Assembly (NCBI GenBank): GCA_041691695.1
Contig: JBEPUG010000003.1
Location: 7,445 to 71,444, forward strand
Source of the DNA: Flavobacteriales bacterium
Lineage (GTDB): Bacteria > Bacteroidota > Bacteroidia > Flavobacteriales_F > PHOS-HE28
DNA length: 64,000 nt
Direction: 5' to 3'
In this document: piece after piece, positions 18,733-28,378 of the stretch
Position numbering within the stretch: the first letter of the stretch is position 1
How the letters are laid out: each line of letters opens with the position of its first letter
Notes under the pieces: model-generated
Told to the model about the DNA's origin: nothing
Database searches by the model: none
Seen by the model: the letters and a program-made list of their open reading frames with translations, nothing else
Made by a program: the position numbers and the translations under genes

Positions 18733-20292
18733 ATGGGGGCGCGAACCAACGAAAGCAACGCAGAGCAGACGGATGCGGAAGTGCTGATCGTTGGCGCTGG
18801 ACTGACGGGGCTTACGCTGGGGTGTGACCTGCAGCGTCGCGGTATCCGTTTCCGGATCATCGATAAACTGCCGCTGCCTTTTCCCGGTTCGCGCGGGAAA
18901 GGGCTGACACCCCGTTCGCTGGAGGTCCTGGAAGACCTGGGCGTGATCGACCAGCTCATGCCCTATGGCTATACGCATCCGATCATCCGCCAGTATGACG
19001 GGGCAAGGGTGCTGAAGGAGGTGGACATACACGATGGGCTTGCTCCAACGCCGAGCACGCCCTATGCTTCTCCGTTCTGGATACCGCAGTTCCGGATCGA
19101 ACAGACCCTGCGCGAGCAACTGGCCAAAGGAGGCCGGTATGTGGAATGGGCAAGCGAGTTGACGGGTATTGAACAGAACGATGATCGCGTTACGGCGACG
19201 GTGCGGAAGGAGGATGTATCGCAGCAGATCACGAGTTCCTACATGGTGGCGTCGGACGGTGGCCGGAGCTTTGTGCGGAAGTTCCTGCATGCAGGATTTG
19301 CCGGTGAGACACGTGATTCGATACGGGTACTGGTGGGTGATGTGCATACGGATGCGCTGGACCATGAGCACAACCATATGTGGAGCAAGCATCCGGATGG
19401 CGTTGTGGTGCTCACCCCATTCCCCAAGACGGACATCTTCCAGATGGTGGCACAGGTGGCACCGGACTTCGAGGCAGAACCCACCTTGGCGCTGTTCCAG
19501 CAGATCCTGTACGAGCGGACGGGCATGGATATCAAACTGTACGACCCCACTTGGCTATCCACCTTCAAGGTGAATATCCGAATGGTGGACCGCTCGATCA
19601 TCGGGAGAGTGTTCATCGCCGGGGATGCTGCCCATGTGCACTCCCCTGCTGGAGGCCAAGGCATGAACACAGGCATACAGGATGCCTATAACCTCGGCTG
19701 GAAACTGGGGCTGGTCCTGAGGGGGGCGGATGCCACGTTGCTGGATACGTACCAGGAGGAACGCCTGCCCGTGGCTGCCTCCGTATTGAAGTTGAGTACC
19801 AAGATGCTCGATAAACTGCAGTCGGCTGAAAGGACGATACCCAGCGATCCCGACAGGTTCCAGTTGAACCTGAACTACAGGAACAGCAGCTTGAGCGAAC
19901 AGGCCACTTCATCGCAATTGCCGTTGCAGGCGGGTGACCGTGCGCCTGATGCGCCGCTCCAGGATGGCAACGGTAAACCTGTGCGGCTCTTCGACCTGTT
20001 CCAGGGAACGCAGTTCACCTTGCTATTCACGGGCGATGCACCCAAGGATGAATGGACCCTGCTAAAGGATACTTACAGCGATATCAAGCAAGTGTGCATC
20101 CATATGGCCGGGCAAGCAGGGCATAAAGGCGCTGACTGCTTTGTCGACGTCGATGGTCATTTCGCTTCCGCTTATGGAACGCAACGGAACGTGATCTACA
20201 TGGTGCGGCCGGACGGATACATCGGCTTTATCGGTGAAAGCACCCGGCCGCAGGAACTGCTGGCCTATTTGGACCGGTTGTTCGCATCCTGA
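18733..20292 (+). CDS. FAD-dependent aromatic-ring monooxygenase (PheA/TfdB/UbiH-like) with C-terminal thioredoxin-like domain
   Basis: GAGLTGLTLGCDL (Rossmann dinucleotide motif), DGGRSFVRK and GDAAHVHSPAGGQGMNTGIQDAYNLGWKL motifs are present. Start trimmed to MGARTNE... from the 539-aa track ORF. Confidence 0.8.
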   Translation: MGARTNESNAEQTDAEVLIVGAGLTGLTLGCDLQRRGIRFRIIDKLPLPFPGSRGKGLTPRSLEVLEDLGVIDQLMPYGYTHPIIRQYDGARVLKEVDIHDGLAPTPSTPYASPFWIPQFRIEQTLREQLAKGGRYVEWASELTGIEQNDDRVTATVRKEDVSQQITSSYMVASDGGRSFVRKFLHAGFAGETRDSIRVLVGDVHTDALDHEHNHMWSKHPDGVVVLTPFPKTDIFQMVAQVAPDFEAEPTLALFQQILYERTGMDIKLYDPTWLSTFKVNIRMVDRSIIGRVFIAGDAAHVHSPAGGQGMNTGIQDAYNLGWKLGLVLRGADATLLDTYQEERLPVAASVLKLSTKMLDKLQSAERTIPSDPDRFQLNLNYRNSSLSEQATSSQLPLQAGDRAPDAPLQDGNGKPVRLFDLFQGTQFTLLFTGDAPKDEWTLLKDTYSDIKQVCIHMAGQAGHKGADCFVDVDGHFASAYGTQRNVIYMVRPDGYIGFIGESTRPQELLAYLDRLFAS

Positions 20293-20340
20293 TCGATCCA
20301 TTGACGCTCTTCATTGAGTGATCGCGAGGCTTCAATCTAA

Positions 20341-20426
20341 CGTCATCGCAAGGAGGATCGGAGCCTGCCCCGAGCGAAGCGAAGAGGACGAGGCGATCTC
20401 GTTCTGGCGTCCGCGGCGCGGATCAG
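20341..20426. repeat. Dispersed mosaic intergenic repeat, family 1 (copy F)
   Basis: CGTCATCGCAAGG...GCGAAGCGAAG...GCGATCTCGTTCTGGCGTCCGCGGCGCGGATCAG. Aligns with 15054-15134 and 62907-62941. Confidence 0.7.
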
Positions 20427-20468
20427 TTCCTGCGCCGTTTCCTTCCGATCACCGATCGGAATATTTGT

Positions 20469-22925
20469 TCACCCCCCATGCACAAACACCCGCTTCACCC
20501 GCGGGCTGATCGACGTGAGTGCCTCGTAGGGAATGGTGCCCAGGTCGCGGGCGTATTCCTGCACCGGATGTGCCGGTGAGAAGACAATGGCATCCTCGCC
20601 CGCTGCGCAGGCGATGTGCGTGACGTCCACCATGCACATGTCCATGCAGATGGCGCCGATGGTGCGGGCCTCCTTGCCGGCGATCCACACGCGACCGTTG
20701 CCTTCGCCGAGTTTGCGGGAGAGGCCGTCCGCGTAGCCGATGGGCAGCACGGCGATGCGCGTGGGCGTGGTGATGCGCGCCTTGCGTCCGTAGCTCACGC
20801 TGTCCCCGGCGGGGATCTCCTTCACTTGCGCGATCACGGTTCGTAGCGTTTCCACGGGTCGCAGCAGGTCGGTCTCCTTCGGGTCGGCACCGATGCCGTG
20901 CAGGCCGATGCCGAGCCGCACCATGTCGAAGCGGGCCTCTGGAAAGCGCGTGGCACCGGCGGAATTGGCGATGTGCAATAGCGGCGCATAACCGAGCGCG
21001 CCGATGATCGTCTGTGAGAGCGAACGGAAGAGCGCGATCTGCCCGCGTGTAAGATCATCTTGCGCAGGGTCCTCGCTGGCGGCGAGGTGCGAGAGGATCG
21101 AGGCCACGCGCAGCTTCCTGCTCCCACGCAACGCTTCGAGCAATTCGGGCAGTTGATCGGGCATGAAGCCCAAGCGGTGCATGCCGGTGTCCAGCTTGAT
21201 GTGGACGGCCGGCGCATCGGCCACGTGCTCCGCGAAATCCAGCGCGGCCTTCAGCGAGCGGGCATCATAGACCTCCGCTTCCAGTTGGTAGCGATGCAGC
21301 GTTTCCATCGGCACCGGCTCGGGATTCATCACCAGCACCGGCGTGCGGATGCCGTTTCGGCGCAGCTCGATACCCTCGTCCGCGTAGGCCACGCCGAGCC
21401 AGGCCACCTGCTCATGCGCGAAGAAGCGCGCCAGCTCCACGGCGCCGCTGCCGTAGCCGCCCGCCTTCACCATCGCCATGATGCGCACGGCCGGGCCGCA
21501 CAGCTCGCGGTAGTGGTTGAGGTTGTGGCGCATCGCCTCGAGGTCCACCTCCATCACAGTGCCGTGCGTGCGTTCTTCCCAGCGGGAAACGATGCGCTCC
21601 AGTCCGAAACGGCGCGCGCCCTTCACCAAGGTCACCGCGCCATCCAAGGGCGGGGCAGGCAATTCGCGGAGGGCTTCCTCCGCAGTGGCGAAGAACTGCG
21701 TGTTGGCATCGAACAGCGCGCGATGGGCCAGCATCATCGGTCCGATGGCGATCAAGCGGTCGATGCCCGCTGCTCGGATAAGGCCGGCGATGCGCGGGTA
21801 GAGATGGGCGGGCGCTTCGCCACTTTCCACGATGTCGCTTAGCACGACGATCTTTCTTCGTCCGGTGGCGGTGCGCGCCAATTGCGAAAGCGCGATGGTG
21901 AGCGAGGCGAGGTCGTTGCTATAGGCGTCGTTCAGCAAGGTGCCGTTGTTGAGGCCCGGCAGCATTTCCAGGCGCATGCTCACGGGCTTCAGAAGATGCA
22001 AACGTTGCGCGATCCACGCGGGATCTTTTCCTATGTGCAGCAGCAGGGTGATGCAATGCATCGCATTCTCCACGGAGGCGCTGTCGCTGAAGGGCAGTTG
22101 CAGCTCGAATGCGTTTCCAGCGTGAAGGAGCGAGAGCCACGTGCCGGAGTTCTCAGAGGTCTCCTTCTGCAAGCGCACGAAGGCATCTTGGCTTCGAGAC
22201 CAAGCAAGTAGTGTCGGCTTTTGCAGTGTGCTCAGCACCTCATGCACCACTTCGTGTTCGCGGCAATAGACCACGGCGTCGGCATGCGCAAAGAGCTTCG
22301 CTTTCTCCTCAGCCTTGGCTTGATCGCTTGCGAAATTCCCACTGTGCGCAGGACCGATGTTCGTGAAAATACCCAGCGTCGGCGCGATGATAGTAGCGAG
22401 CGCTTGCATCTCTCCCGGCTCGCTAATGCCGGCTTCGAAGAGGCCCAGCGTATGCGTGTCGTTCATCTCCCACACGCTCAGCGGCACGCCCACTTGGCTG
22501 TTCCAACTGCCGGGGCTGCGCACGATGTGCTCCTCTTCGCGCAGTAGTTGATACAGCCATTCCTTCACCACCGTCTTGCCGTTGCTACCGGTGATGCCCA
22601 CAACGGGAATGCTGAACTGCGCGCGATGCCATGCGGCCAAGGCTTGCAGGGCGAGGAGTGTATTCTTCACTTCGATCACGCTGCATTTCGCATCGGCCTT
22701 CGCCGTGCCTTGCTGCACGAGGAAGGCGCGCACGCCGCGTTGCTTCAGCTCCGGGATGTAGGCATGCGCATTGTGGTGCTTGCCTTGGATGGCGATGAAG
22801 AGTGTGTCCTCCGGTGCGAAGGGCTGGCGCGTATCGATCGAGAGGCCGGTGATGCGGCGGTCGGTGCCGCTCAATTGCCCGCCGGTCGCGGCCGCGATCT
22901 CGCTGAGAAGGTGGCCTGCTGACAT
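20469..22925 (-). CDS. murF: Bifunctional UDP-MurNAc-tripeptide--D-Ala-D-Ala ligase (MurF) / alanine racemase (Alr) fusion
   Basis: N-terminal MurF domain (GITGSNGKT) and C-terminal PLP-dependent alanine racemase domain (AMVKAGGYG). The track ORF is trimmed to MSAGHLLSE..., whose ATG at 22923-22925 overlaps the tdk stop (ATGA). Confidence 0.9.
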   Translation of the reverse strand: MSAGHLLSEIAAATGGQLSGTDRRITGLSIDTRQPFAPEDTLFIAIQGKHHNAHAYIPELKQRGVRAFLVQQGTAKADAKCSVIEVKNTLLALQALAAWHRAQFSIPVVGITGSNGKTVVKEWLYQLLREEEHIVRSPGSWNSQVGVPLSVWEMNDTHTLGLFEAGISEPGEMQALATIIAPTLGIFTNIGPAHSGNFASDQAKAEEKAKLFAHADAVVYCREHEVVHEVLSTLQKPTLLAWSRSQDAFVRLQKETSENSGTWLSLLHAGNAFELQLPFSDSASVENAMHCITLLLHIGKDPAWIAQRLHLLKPVSMRLEMLPGLNNGTLLNDAYSNDLASLTIALSQLARTATGRRKIVVLSDIVESGEAPAHLYPRIAGLIRAAGIDRLIAIGPMMLAHRALFDANTQFFATAEEALRELPAPPLDGAVTLVKGARRFGLERIVSRWEERTHGTVMEVDLEAMRHNLNHYRELCGPAVRIMAMVKAGGYGSGAVELARFFAHEQVAWLGVAYADEGIELRRNGIRTPVLVMNPEPVPMETLHRYQLEAEVYDARSLKAALDFAEHVADAPAVHIKLDTGMHRLGFMPDQLPELLEALRGSRKLRVASILSHLAASEDPAQDDLTRGQIALFRSLSQTIIGALGYAPLLHIANSAGATRFPEARFDMVRLGIGLHGIGADPKETDLLRPVETLRTVIAQVKEIPAGDSVSYGRKARITTPTRIAVLPIGYADGLSRKLGEGNGRVWIAGKEARTIGAICMDMCMVDVTHIACAAGEDAIVFSPAHPVQEYARDLGTIPYEALTSISPRVKRVFVHGG

Positions 22926-23533
22926 CAGGAACGAAGCGGTGGGGCGGCGGTCTTCGCCACTGCGCGCGCGGCGTTGAAGCAGGTGCGGCAGAGCGGCTGG
23001 TAGCTGTCGGTCTCCCCCAGCATGATCAGGTCCTTGTTGGCGTTGGTGCGGTGGCTGTAAACGGCCAGCTCGCCGCAACGCATGCAGATGGCGTGCACCT
23101 TAGTCACGAATTCCGCCATGGCCATCAGCTGTGGCATGGGGCCGAAGGGTCGTCCTTTGAAATCCATATCGAGCCCGGCGACGATGACGCGCACGCCCTT
23201 GGCGGCCAGTTTTTCGCACACCTTGATCAGCCCTTCATCAAAGAACTGCGCCTCATCGATGCCCACCACCTGGATGATGCCCACGCGTTGAAAGAGGTCG
23301 GCGCTGTCCAGCACGGCTTGGCTTTTCAAGGTGCTGTGGTCGTGGCTCACCACGTCGGTATCGTGGTAGCGGGTGTCGGTGATGGGCTTGAAGATCTCCA
23401 CCTGCTGCTTGGCGAATTCGGCGCGGCGCAGACGGCGGATCAGTTCCTCGGTCTTACCGGAGAACATGCTGCCGCAGATCACCTCGATCCATCCTCGGCG
23501 TTGGGCGCGATCACCGGTGTGTTCCAGGAACAT
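22925..23533 (-). CDS. tdk: Thymidine kinase
   Basis: P-loop GSMFSGKTEELIRR plus a C-terminal zinc ribbon (CMRCG...CRTC). The 295-aa track ORF is trimmed to MFLEHTG.... Confidence 0.85.
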   Translation of the reverse strand: MFLEHTGDRAQRRGWIEVICGSMFSGKTEELIRRLRRAEFAKQQVEIFKPITDTRYHDTDVVSHDHSTLKSQAVLDSADLFQRVGIIQVVGIDEAQFFDEGLIKVCEKLAAKGVRVIVAGLDMDFKGRPFGPMPQLMAMAEFVTKVHAICMRCGELAVYSHRTNANKDLIMLGETDSYQPLCRTCFNAARAVAKTAAPPLRS

Positions 23534-23620
23534 AACGCTGAAAGTGGTGTGGGGCTTGGAACTCGTGCATTTGGGAAGCGGCCCGAATTTAGCGAATTTC
23601 GCACGCAACAGAACCACGAC

Positions 23621-24346
23621 ATGTCCGAGCAAAAAGGCTATGAACGCATGCACGAGCTGATCGGCTCGCTGCGATCGGCCTTGGGCCGGTTGGAGGAAGG
23701 AAAGCTGGACCCGGAAGGTCTGGAGCACACGGTGGAAGAGGCGCGGAAGCTCTATGAGCGGCTCGTGGTGATCCGCCACAAGGCCCGCGAAGCGGCGTTG
23801 ATCGCTGCGCAAAAGCCCAAGGCGAATGCAGTGGTGGATCCATCAGTGGTGCCGGAAGCGACACCCATCCGTTTGGATACGCGCCCGCCGGAACCCTCCC
23901 CGCATCAGACCTCGTTGATCGATGCCATCGCTGAAACGGAAAGTGTACCGCCGGAGCTATCAATACCAGTATCAGTGCCAGCACCGGTGAAGGTCGAGGC
24001 CGAGAAGGTCGTCGCGGAGAAGATCGTTCCGGAGAAGCCACGAGTGGCCAAGCCCAAGCCGACACTTAAGGAGCGCCCGGAGACCGTGGCCGCCAAGCTC
24101 GAGCACGCGCCCGTAGCGGACCTCCACAAGGCGATCGCACTCAGCCAGAAATTCTGGTTCGTGGCGGAGCTTTTCGCTGGCCAGCGTGAACAGTACGACA
24201 AGGCGATCGTTGCCCTGAACAGCATGGACGGAATTGCCGAAGCACAAGCATACGTGGAGCGCGAGGTCGTCGGGAAATTGCCCAAGCCACCGGGCGAGGA
24301 CGTGCTGGCGACCTTCACCGAATTGCTGCAACGCCGCTATCGTTGA
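23621..24346 (+). CDS. Hypothetical protein with a central Pro/Glu/Lys/Val-rich low-complexity linker
   Basis: 242 aa from the ATG at 23621; the upstream part of the track ORF is antisense to tdk. The C-terminal region KAIALSQKFWFVAELFAGQRE looks structured. Its stop overlaps the next gene's start. Confidence 0.45.
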   Translation: MSEQKGYERMHELIGSLRSALGRLEEGKLDPEGLEHTVEEARKLYERLVVIRHKAREAALIAAQKPKANAVVDPSVVPEATPIRLDTRPPEPSPHQTSLIDAIAETESVPPELSIPVSVPAPVKVEAEKVVAEKIVPEKPRVAKPKPTLKERPETVAAKLEHAPVADLHKAIALSQKFWFVAELFAGQREQYDKAIVALNSMDGIAEAQAYVEREVVGKLPKPPGEDVLATFTELLQRRYR

Positions 24347-25617
24347 TGCGCTTCCGGTTCGTCGCGCTGGGCCTGCTGCTGTCACTGGGCCTGGGCGCGC
24401 AGGAACTTCCTTCCGTCAAGCAGACCGCTCGGGCGTATGTGGACACACTCGCCGGTCCGGCCATGCATGGTCGCGGTTATGTGCTGAGCGGGGATCGCAT
24501 CGCCGGTGATTGGATGGGGAAGCAGTTCGACCGCATCGTGTTGGAGCGTCTCGATGGACAACGCTTCGAGCCATTCAGCTTTCCGGTGAACACCTTTCCG
24601 GACAGTGTGAAGGTGGCGGTGGATGGGAAGGTGCTGAAGCCCGGCGTCGACTTCATCGTGGATCCCGCTTCTGGTCCTTCGGACGGCACATTCGATCTCA
24701 TGCGTGTACGGCTCGCGGATCTGACCGACCCCGGGATCCGTTCGCGGACGATGGGCGAGATCTCCGGACGAGCCGTCCAGCTGAACTTCCCACAGACGCA
24801 CAACGCGGACTCGCTGCAACTCTTTGACGAACTGCACGCGCAGCTTTCACGCTACGCCCCGGTGATCCGCCAAGTCGGTGAAAAACTCACGTGGAGTGTG
24901 GCGGGCGAATATGCGGGGCACGCGATCATCGAGTTGAAAGCAGGCACGGTTCCGGATACGGCGCGCACGGTGACGCTGCATGTTGCCGATGTCTTTGTTC
25001 CGAAGCACAACGCGCGTAATGTGTTGGGCGTGGTGAAGGCCAAGGGCAACAGCAAGGACTGGGTGGTGGTGACGGCGCATTATGACCATCTCGGCATGAT
25101 GGGCCCCGATGCGCTCTTCCCGGGTGCGAACGACAATGCTAGCGGCAGCAGCATGCTGCTTTGCTTGGCGCAATGGGCGAAGGACCATCCGCAGAAATTC
25201 AACATGCTCTTCGTTGCCTTCGCGGGCGAGGAAGCGGGCCTGAAGGGAAGCGAATTCTTTGTGAAGGACCATCCTTTGGACCTGAAACGCATCAAGCTGC
25301 TGATCAACTTGGACCTGAACGGGACTGGAGACGATGGCATCACCGTGGTGAATGCCGACTCGCAGAAGAAGGTCTACGACAAGCTGGTGGCGATCAACGA
25401 AAGCACGCATCGTTTCCCGGTGGTGAAGGCGCGCGGTGCGGCGTGCAACAGCGACCATTGTCCCTTCACGCAGGCCGGCGTGCCCGCCATCTTCATCTAT
25501 ACCATGGGCGGCGTCTCCTACTATCACGACGTGATGGATCGCCCCGAAACATTGCCCTTGACGAAGTTCGATGAGCTCTATCGCACATTGGCGGAATTGA
25601 TCGCCTCCCTGAAATGA
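24343..25617 (+). CDS. M28-family zinc (amino)peptidase, exported
   Basis: 424 aa with signal ...LGLGA|QELP. Zn-ligand motifs HYDHLG and NDNASGSS...GEEAGLKGS are present. Confidence 0.85.
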   Translation: MMRFRFVALGLLLSLGLGAQELPSVKQTARAYVDTLAGPAMHGRGYVLSGDRIAGDWMGKQFDRIVLERLDGQRFEPFSFPVNTFPDSVKVAVDGKVLKPGVDFIVDPASGPSDGTFDLMRVRLADLTDPGIRSRTMGEISGRAVQLNFPQTHNADSLQLFDELHAQLSRYAPVIRQVGEKLTWSVAGEYAGHAIIELKAGTVPDTARTVTLHVADVFVPKHNARNVLGVVKAKGNSKDWVVVTAHYDHLGMMGPDALFPGANDNASGSSMLLCLAQWAKDHPQKFNMLFVAFAGEEAGLKGSEFFVKDHPLDLKRIKLLINLDLNGTGDDGITVVNADSQKKVYDKLVAINESTHRFPVVKARGAACNSDHCPFTQAGVPAIFIYTMGGVSYYHDVMDRPETLPLTKFDELYRTLAELIASLK

Positions 25618-26300
25618 GCGAGCCCACATCCGGCGGCCGACTCTTCCTGGTCCCCACGCCCATCGGCAACTTGGAGGACATCACGGTCCGCGCGAAACGC
25701 ATCCTCGGCGAAGTGGACGCAGTGATCGCGGAGGACACGCGCGTGAGTGGAAGGTTGCTCCAGCACTATGGGATCAGCAGGCCATTCATCTCCTTCCACG
25801 CGCACAACGAGCACCGCATGACGGACCAGCTGGTGGCGCGCATGTTACACGGCGAGCGTTTCGCCTTGGTGAGCGATGCGGGAACACCTGCGATCAGCGA
25901 CCCCGGATTCCTCTTGGTGCGTGCCGCGGTGAAAGAGGGCATCGACGTGGAATGCCTGCCCGGTGCCACGGCCTTCGTGCCCGCACTGGTGAACAGTGGA
26001 CTGCCCTGCGACCGCTTCGTCTTCGAAGGTTTTCTGCCGGTGAAGAAGGGACGACGCACACGCATGGAAGGGCTTCGCGAAGAGCAGCGCACGATGGTGT
26101 TCTATGAGAGTCCGCATCGCATCGTGCGCACCTTGCGTGAGTTGGCGGAAGTCTTTGGTGCGGAACGACAGGCCAGCATTTCCCGCGAGATCAGCAAGCT
26201 GCACGAGGAGACCGTGCGCGGCACGTTGCCCGAGTTGGCAGAGCACTTCGAGGCGCATCCGCCGAAGGGCGAGTTCGTGTTGTGTGTTGCTGGGACTTGA
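25614..26300 (+). CDS. rsmI: 16S rRNA (cytidine1402-2'-O)-methyltransferase
   Basis: 228 aa, tetrapyrrole-methylase fold. N-terminus LFLVPTPIGNLEDIT is diagnostic of RsmI. Confidence 0.9.
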   Translation: MSEPTSGGRLFLVPTPIGNLEDITVRAKRILGEVDAVIAEDTRVSGRLLQHYGISRPFISFHAHNEHRMTDQLVARMLHGERFALVSDAGTPAISDPGFLLVRAAVKEGIDVECLPGATAFVPALVNSGLPCDRFVFEGFLPVKKGRRTRMEGLREEQRTMVFYESPHRIVRTLRELAEVFGAERQASISREISKLHEETVRGTLPELAEHFEAHPPKGEFVLCVAGT

Positions 26301-26405
26301 TAGCCCGCCACGAACAGCGATCCCACGATCTCCGGTGAGCAAGCATTTCGAGAGTTCCATTCTCCGGGCTGCGACGCCCTTACTTTCGTCAGGCATCCGC
26401 AACTC

Positions 26406-26987
26406 ATGCGCATCCTCTTCGCCGCCTTGGTCTTCTGTGTCTCGTTCGCGGTCGATGCGCAGAACGCGATCTTCCGCACCTACAAGGAGTATGTCGATAG
26501 TACAGGTGTGCCTGTGCAAGGGGTTATAGATGTGGTGCCACGCATGGGCCGCTTCGTGGTGACCTATAAGAAGGACGGCTCGCAGGAATGCATTTCCTGC
26601 AAGAAAGTGTGGGGGTTCCGGTACAACAACATCCTCTTCCGCATCGAGCCGGAGGGCGACTTGCCGGTGCGATTGATGTCACACGGCGCTGTGTACTACT
26701 GGGAGAATGGCTTCGCGCACTTGCACATGCAGCACGATAGCACGGAGGCTTCAAGTTTCGAATACGGGCGTGCCGCCTACCTCAGCAAGACCATCCAAAG
26801 CGCCATCGTACCGGCCAGTTTCAAGACCGGCGACACGAGCTCCGCCTCCGCGAAATTCCGTGATGCCAATCCGGCCTACGCCAGCATGATCAGCTGTATC
26901 GGAGAGGGCTCCGAATTGGACAGCGTGCGCCAATGCGTTGTGGAATACGAAGTGGACGTGGAGGAAGGGAAGGCGAGTATGCCCTGA
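26406..26987 (+). CDS. Hypothetical exported protein
   Basis: 193 aa with a signal peptide and cleavage at ...VDA|QNA. Confidence 0.5.
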   Translation: MRILFAALVFCVSFAVDAQNAIFRTYKEYVDSTGVPVQGVIDVVPRMGRFVVTYKKDGSQECISCKKVWGFRYNNILFRIEPEGDLPVRLMSHGAVYYWENGFAHLHMQHDSTEASSFEYGRAAYLSKTIQSAIVPASFKTGDTSSASAKFRDANPAYASMISCIGEGSELDSVRQCVVEYEVDVEEGKASMP

Positions 26988-26989
26988 TG

Positions 26990-27054
26990 CAGTCGCGAGT
27001 CCGAGCTTCGCCAATCACTTATCACCAATCACCAGTCACAGTTGGCAGCCTCCC
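26990..27054. repeat. Mosaic intergenic repeat, family 2 (copy A: CAGTCGCGAGTCCGAG...AATCACTTATCACCAATCACC...CAGTTGGCAG)
   Basis: Shares the modules GAGTCCGAG, TCACTTATCACCA and GTTGGCAG with 54781-54866, and AATCACCAATCACC / CAGTTGGCAG with 39740-39815 and 49085-49148. Confidence 0.65.
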
Positions 27055-27068
27055 ATTAGCTTTCGACC

Positions 27069-28082
27069 ATGAAAGCATGGCAGTTGACCGCTCATGGTGA
27101 TCCACAGAAGGTCTTAGCGTTACGCGAACTTCCGGATCCCTCTCCCAAGCCCGGTGAGGTATTGATCCGCAGCGAAGGTTTCGGTTTGAATTACGCCGAT
27201 GTGATGGCGGTGAAAGGACTTTATCGCGATGCGCCGCCGCCGCCGTGCGTGATCGGCTACGAGATCGTGGGCCGGGTGGAACGATGCGGCGAAGGCGTGC
27301 CTGCGGAATGGCTCGGCAAGCGAGTGCTGGCGTTCACGCGATTCGGTGGCTACGCTCAATTGGCCTGCACGGATCAGCGCGCGATTGCCGCGATACCTGA
27401 CGATCTGGGGATCGGCGAGGCCGTAGCGATGGGCACGCAAGGCGCTACGGCCTGGTATATGTCCATGCTCCGCTGGCCGGTGCAGCCGGGGATGCGGGTA
27501 TTGATCCACAGCGCTGCCGGTGGCGTTGGCCAGCTGCTCACACAGATCGCCGTGCATCAGCAATGCGAAGTGTTCACCGTCGCGCACGGTGCGGAAAAGA
27601 TGGCCTACTTGAAAAAGCTTGGAGCGCAGCACGTGATCGATCGTAAGGAGGGAGACTACGCGGAGAAAATCCGTAAGCAGCTCAGCAAGGAACGCTTGGA
27701 TGTTAGCTTCAACGCCGTCGGGGGTACGACCTTCAAGAAAGACCTTCGTCTCTTGGGCAGCGGTGGTGCCGTGGTGCTCTTCGGTGGTGCTGAACGTTCG
27801 GACGGCGCGCTGAGCTCCTTGCGCTTCGTATGGAACATGGGCCTCATCATCCCCATCTTCCTGATGATGCAATGCAAGAGTCTCGTCGGCGTGAACATGC
27901 TGCGCCTCAGCGAGCACCGGCCATTGATCGTGGCCGCCTGCATGAAAGGTGCATTGGGCGCGATGAGCGAAGGTTGGCTGAAACCCCGCGTCGATAAGGT
28001 CTTTCCCAAGGAACAACTTCCTCAAGCCTTGGAATTGCTCGGCTCTGGCAAGAGCATCGGCAAGGTCGCGGTGAAGTGGTAA
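27069..28082 (+). CDS. Zn-independent MDR-family NAD(P)H:quinone oxidoreductase / alcohol-dehydrogenase-like
   Basis: 337 aa. GroES-like N-terminus and Rossmann motif AAGGVGQ. Confidence 0.85.
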   Translation: MKAWQLTAHGDPQKVLALRELPDPSPKPGEVLIRSEGFGLNYADVMAVKGLYRDAPPPPCVIGYEIVGRVERCGEGVPAEWLGKRVLAFTRFGGYAQLACTDQRAIAAIPDDLGIGEAVAMGTQGATAWYMSMLRWPVQPGMRVLIHSAAGGVGQLLTQIAVHQQCEVFTVAHGAEKMAYLKKLGAQHVIDRKEGDYAEKIRKQLSKERLDVSFNAVGGTTFKKDLRLLGSGGAVVLFGGAERSDGALSSLRFVWNMGLIIPIFLMMQCKSLVGVNMLRLSEHRPLIVAACMKGALGAMSEGWLKPRVDKVFPKEQLPQALELLGSGKSIGKVAVKW

Positions 28083-28087
28083 GCGTA

Positions 28088-28297
28088 TCACTTCTTCTTG
28101 CCTCCCTTCTTGTCGTCCTCCTTGGCCGAATTGGGGTCGTCCATGGCGGGTGTAGGATCGCCGCCCACATCTTCTTCATCTTCCTCTTGGCGCAGCATCT
28201 CATGCAGTGAACCCGGAGGAAGCGCAGGGGAGAACGGGTCCGCGCTTTCGTTGCCCAAAGGTCTGGCTTTCGGGTCGGGGGTGTGCTTGGTGTCCAT
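28088..28297 (-). CDS. Possible small highly charged protein (69 aa); may be spurious
   Basis: ORF lying between convergent genes, of low complexity (EEDEEDVGGD...KKGGKKK). There is no supporting motif. Confidence 0.2.
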   Translation of the reverse strand: MDTKHTPDPKARPLGNESADPFSPALPPGSLHEMLRQEEDEEDVGGDPTPAMDDPNSAKEDDKKGGKKK

Positions 28298-28364
28298 GGT
28301 GGTCGTTGTTAGTGCTTACAAGGTACGCCGGGAAATGCGTGCCGATCCGCACGGTCCGCCCCAA

Positions 28365-28372
28365 TACCTTTG
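28365..28372 (+). promoter_or_regulatory. Candidate -7 promoter element TACCTTTG upstream of the DAHP synthase gene
   Basis: Exact TAnnTTTG match ending about 6 nt before the ATG at 28379. Implies a very short leader, as is common in Bacteroidetes. Confidence 0.35.
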
Positions 28373-28378
28373 CACGTC

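Noticed and set aside
18397-19392. 331-aa ORF on the minus strand
   Set aside because: It is entirely antisense to the well-supported FAD-monooxygenase gene and has no motifs. It is a typical shadow ORF of a 60%-GC coding region.
27120-28091. 323-aa minus-strand ORF
   Set aside because: Antisense to the quinone-oxidoreductase gene.
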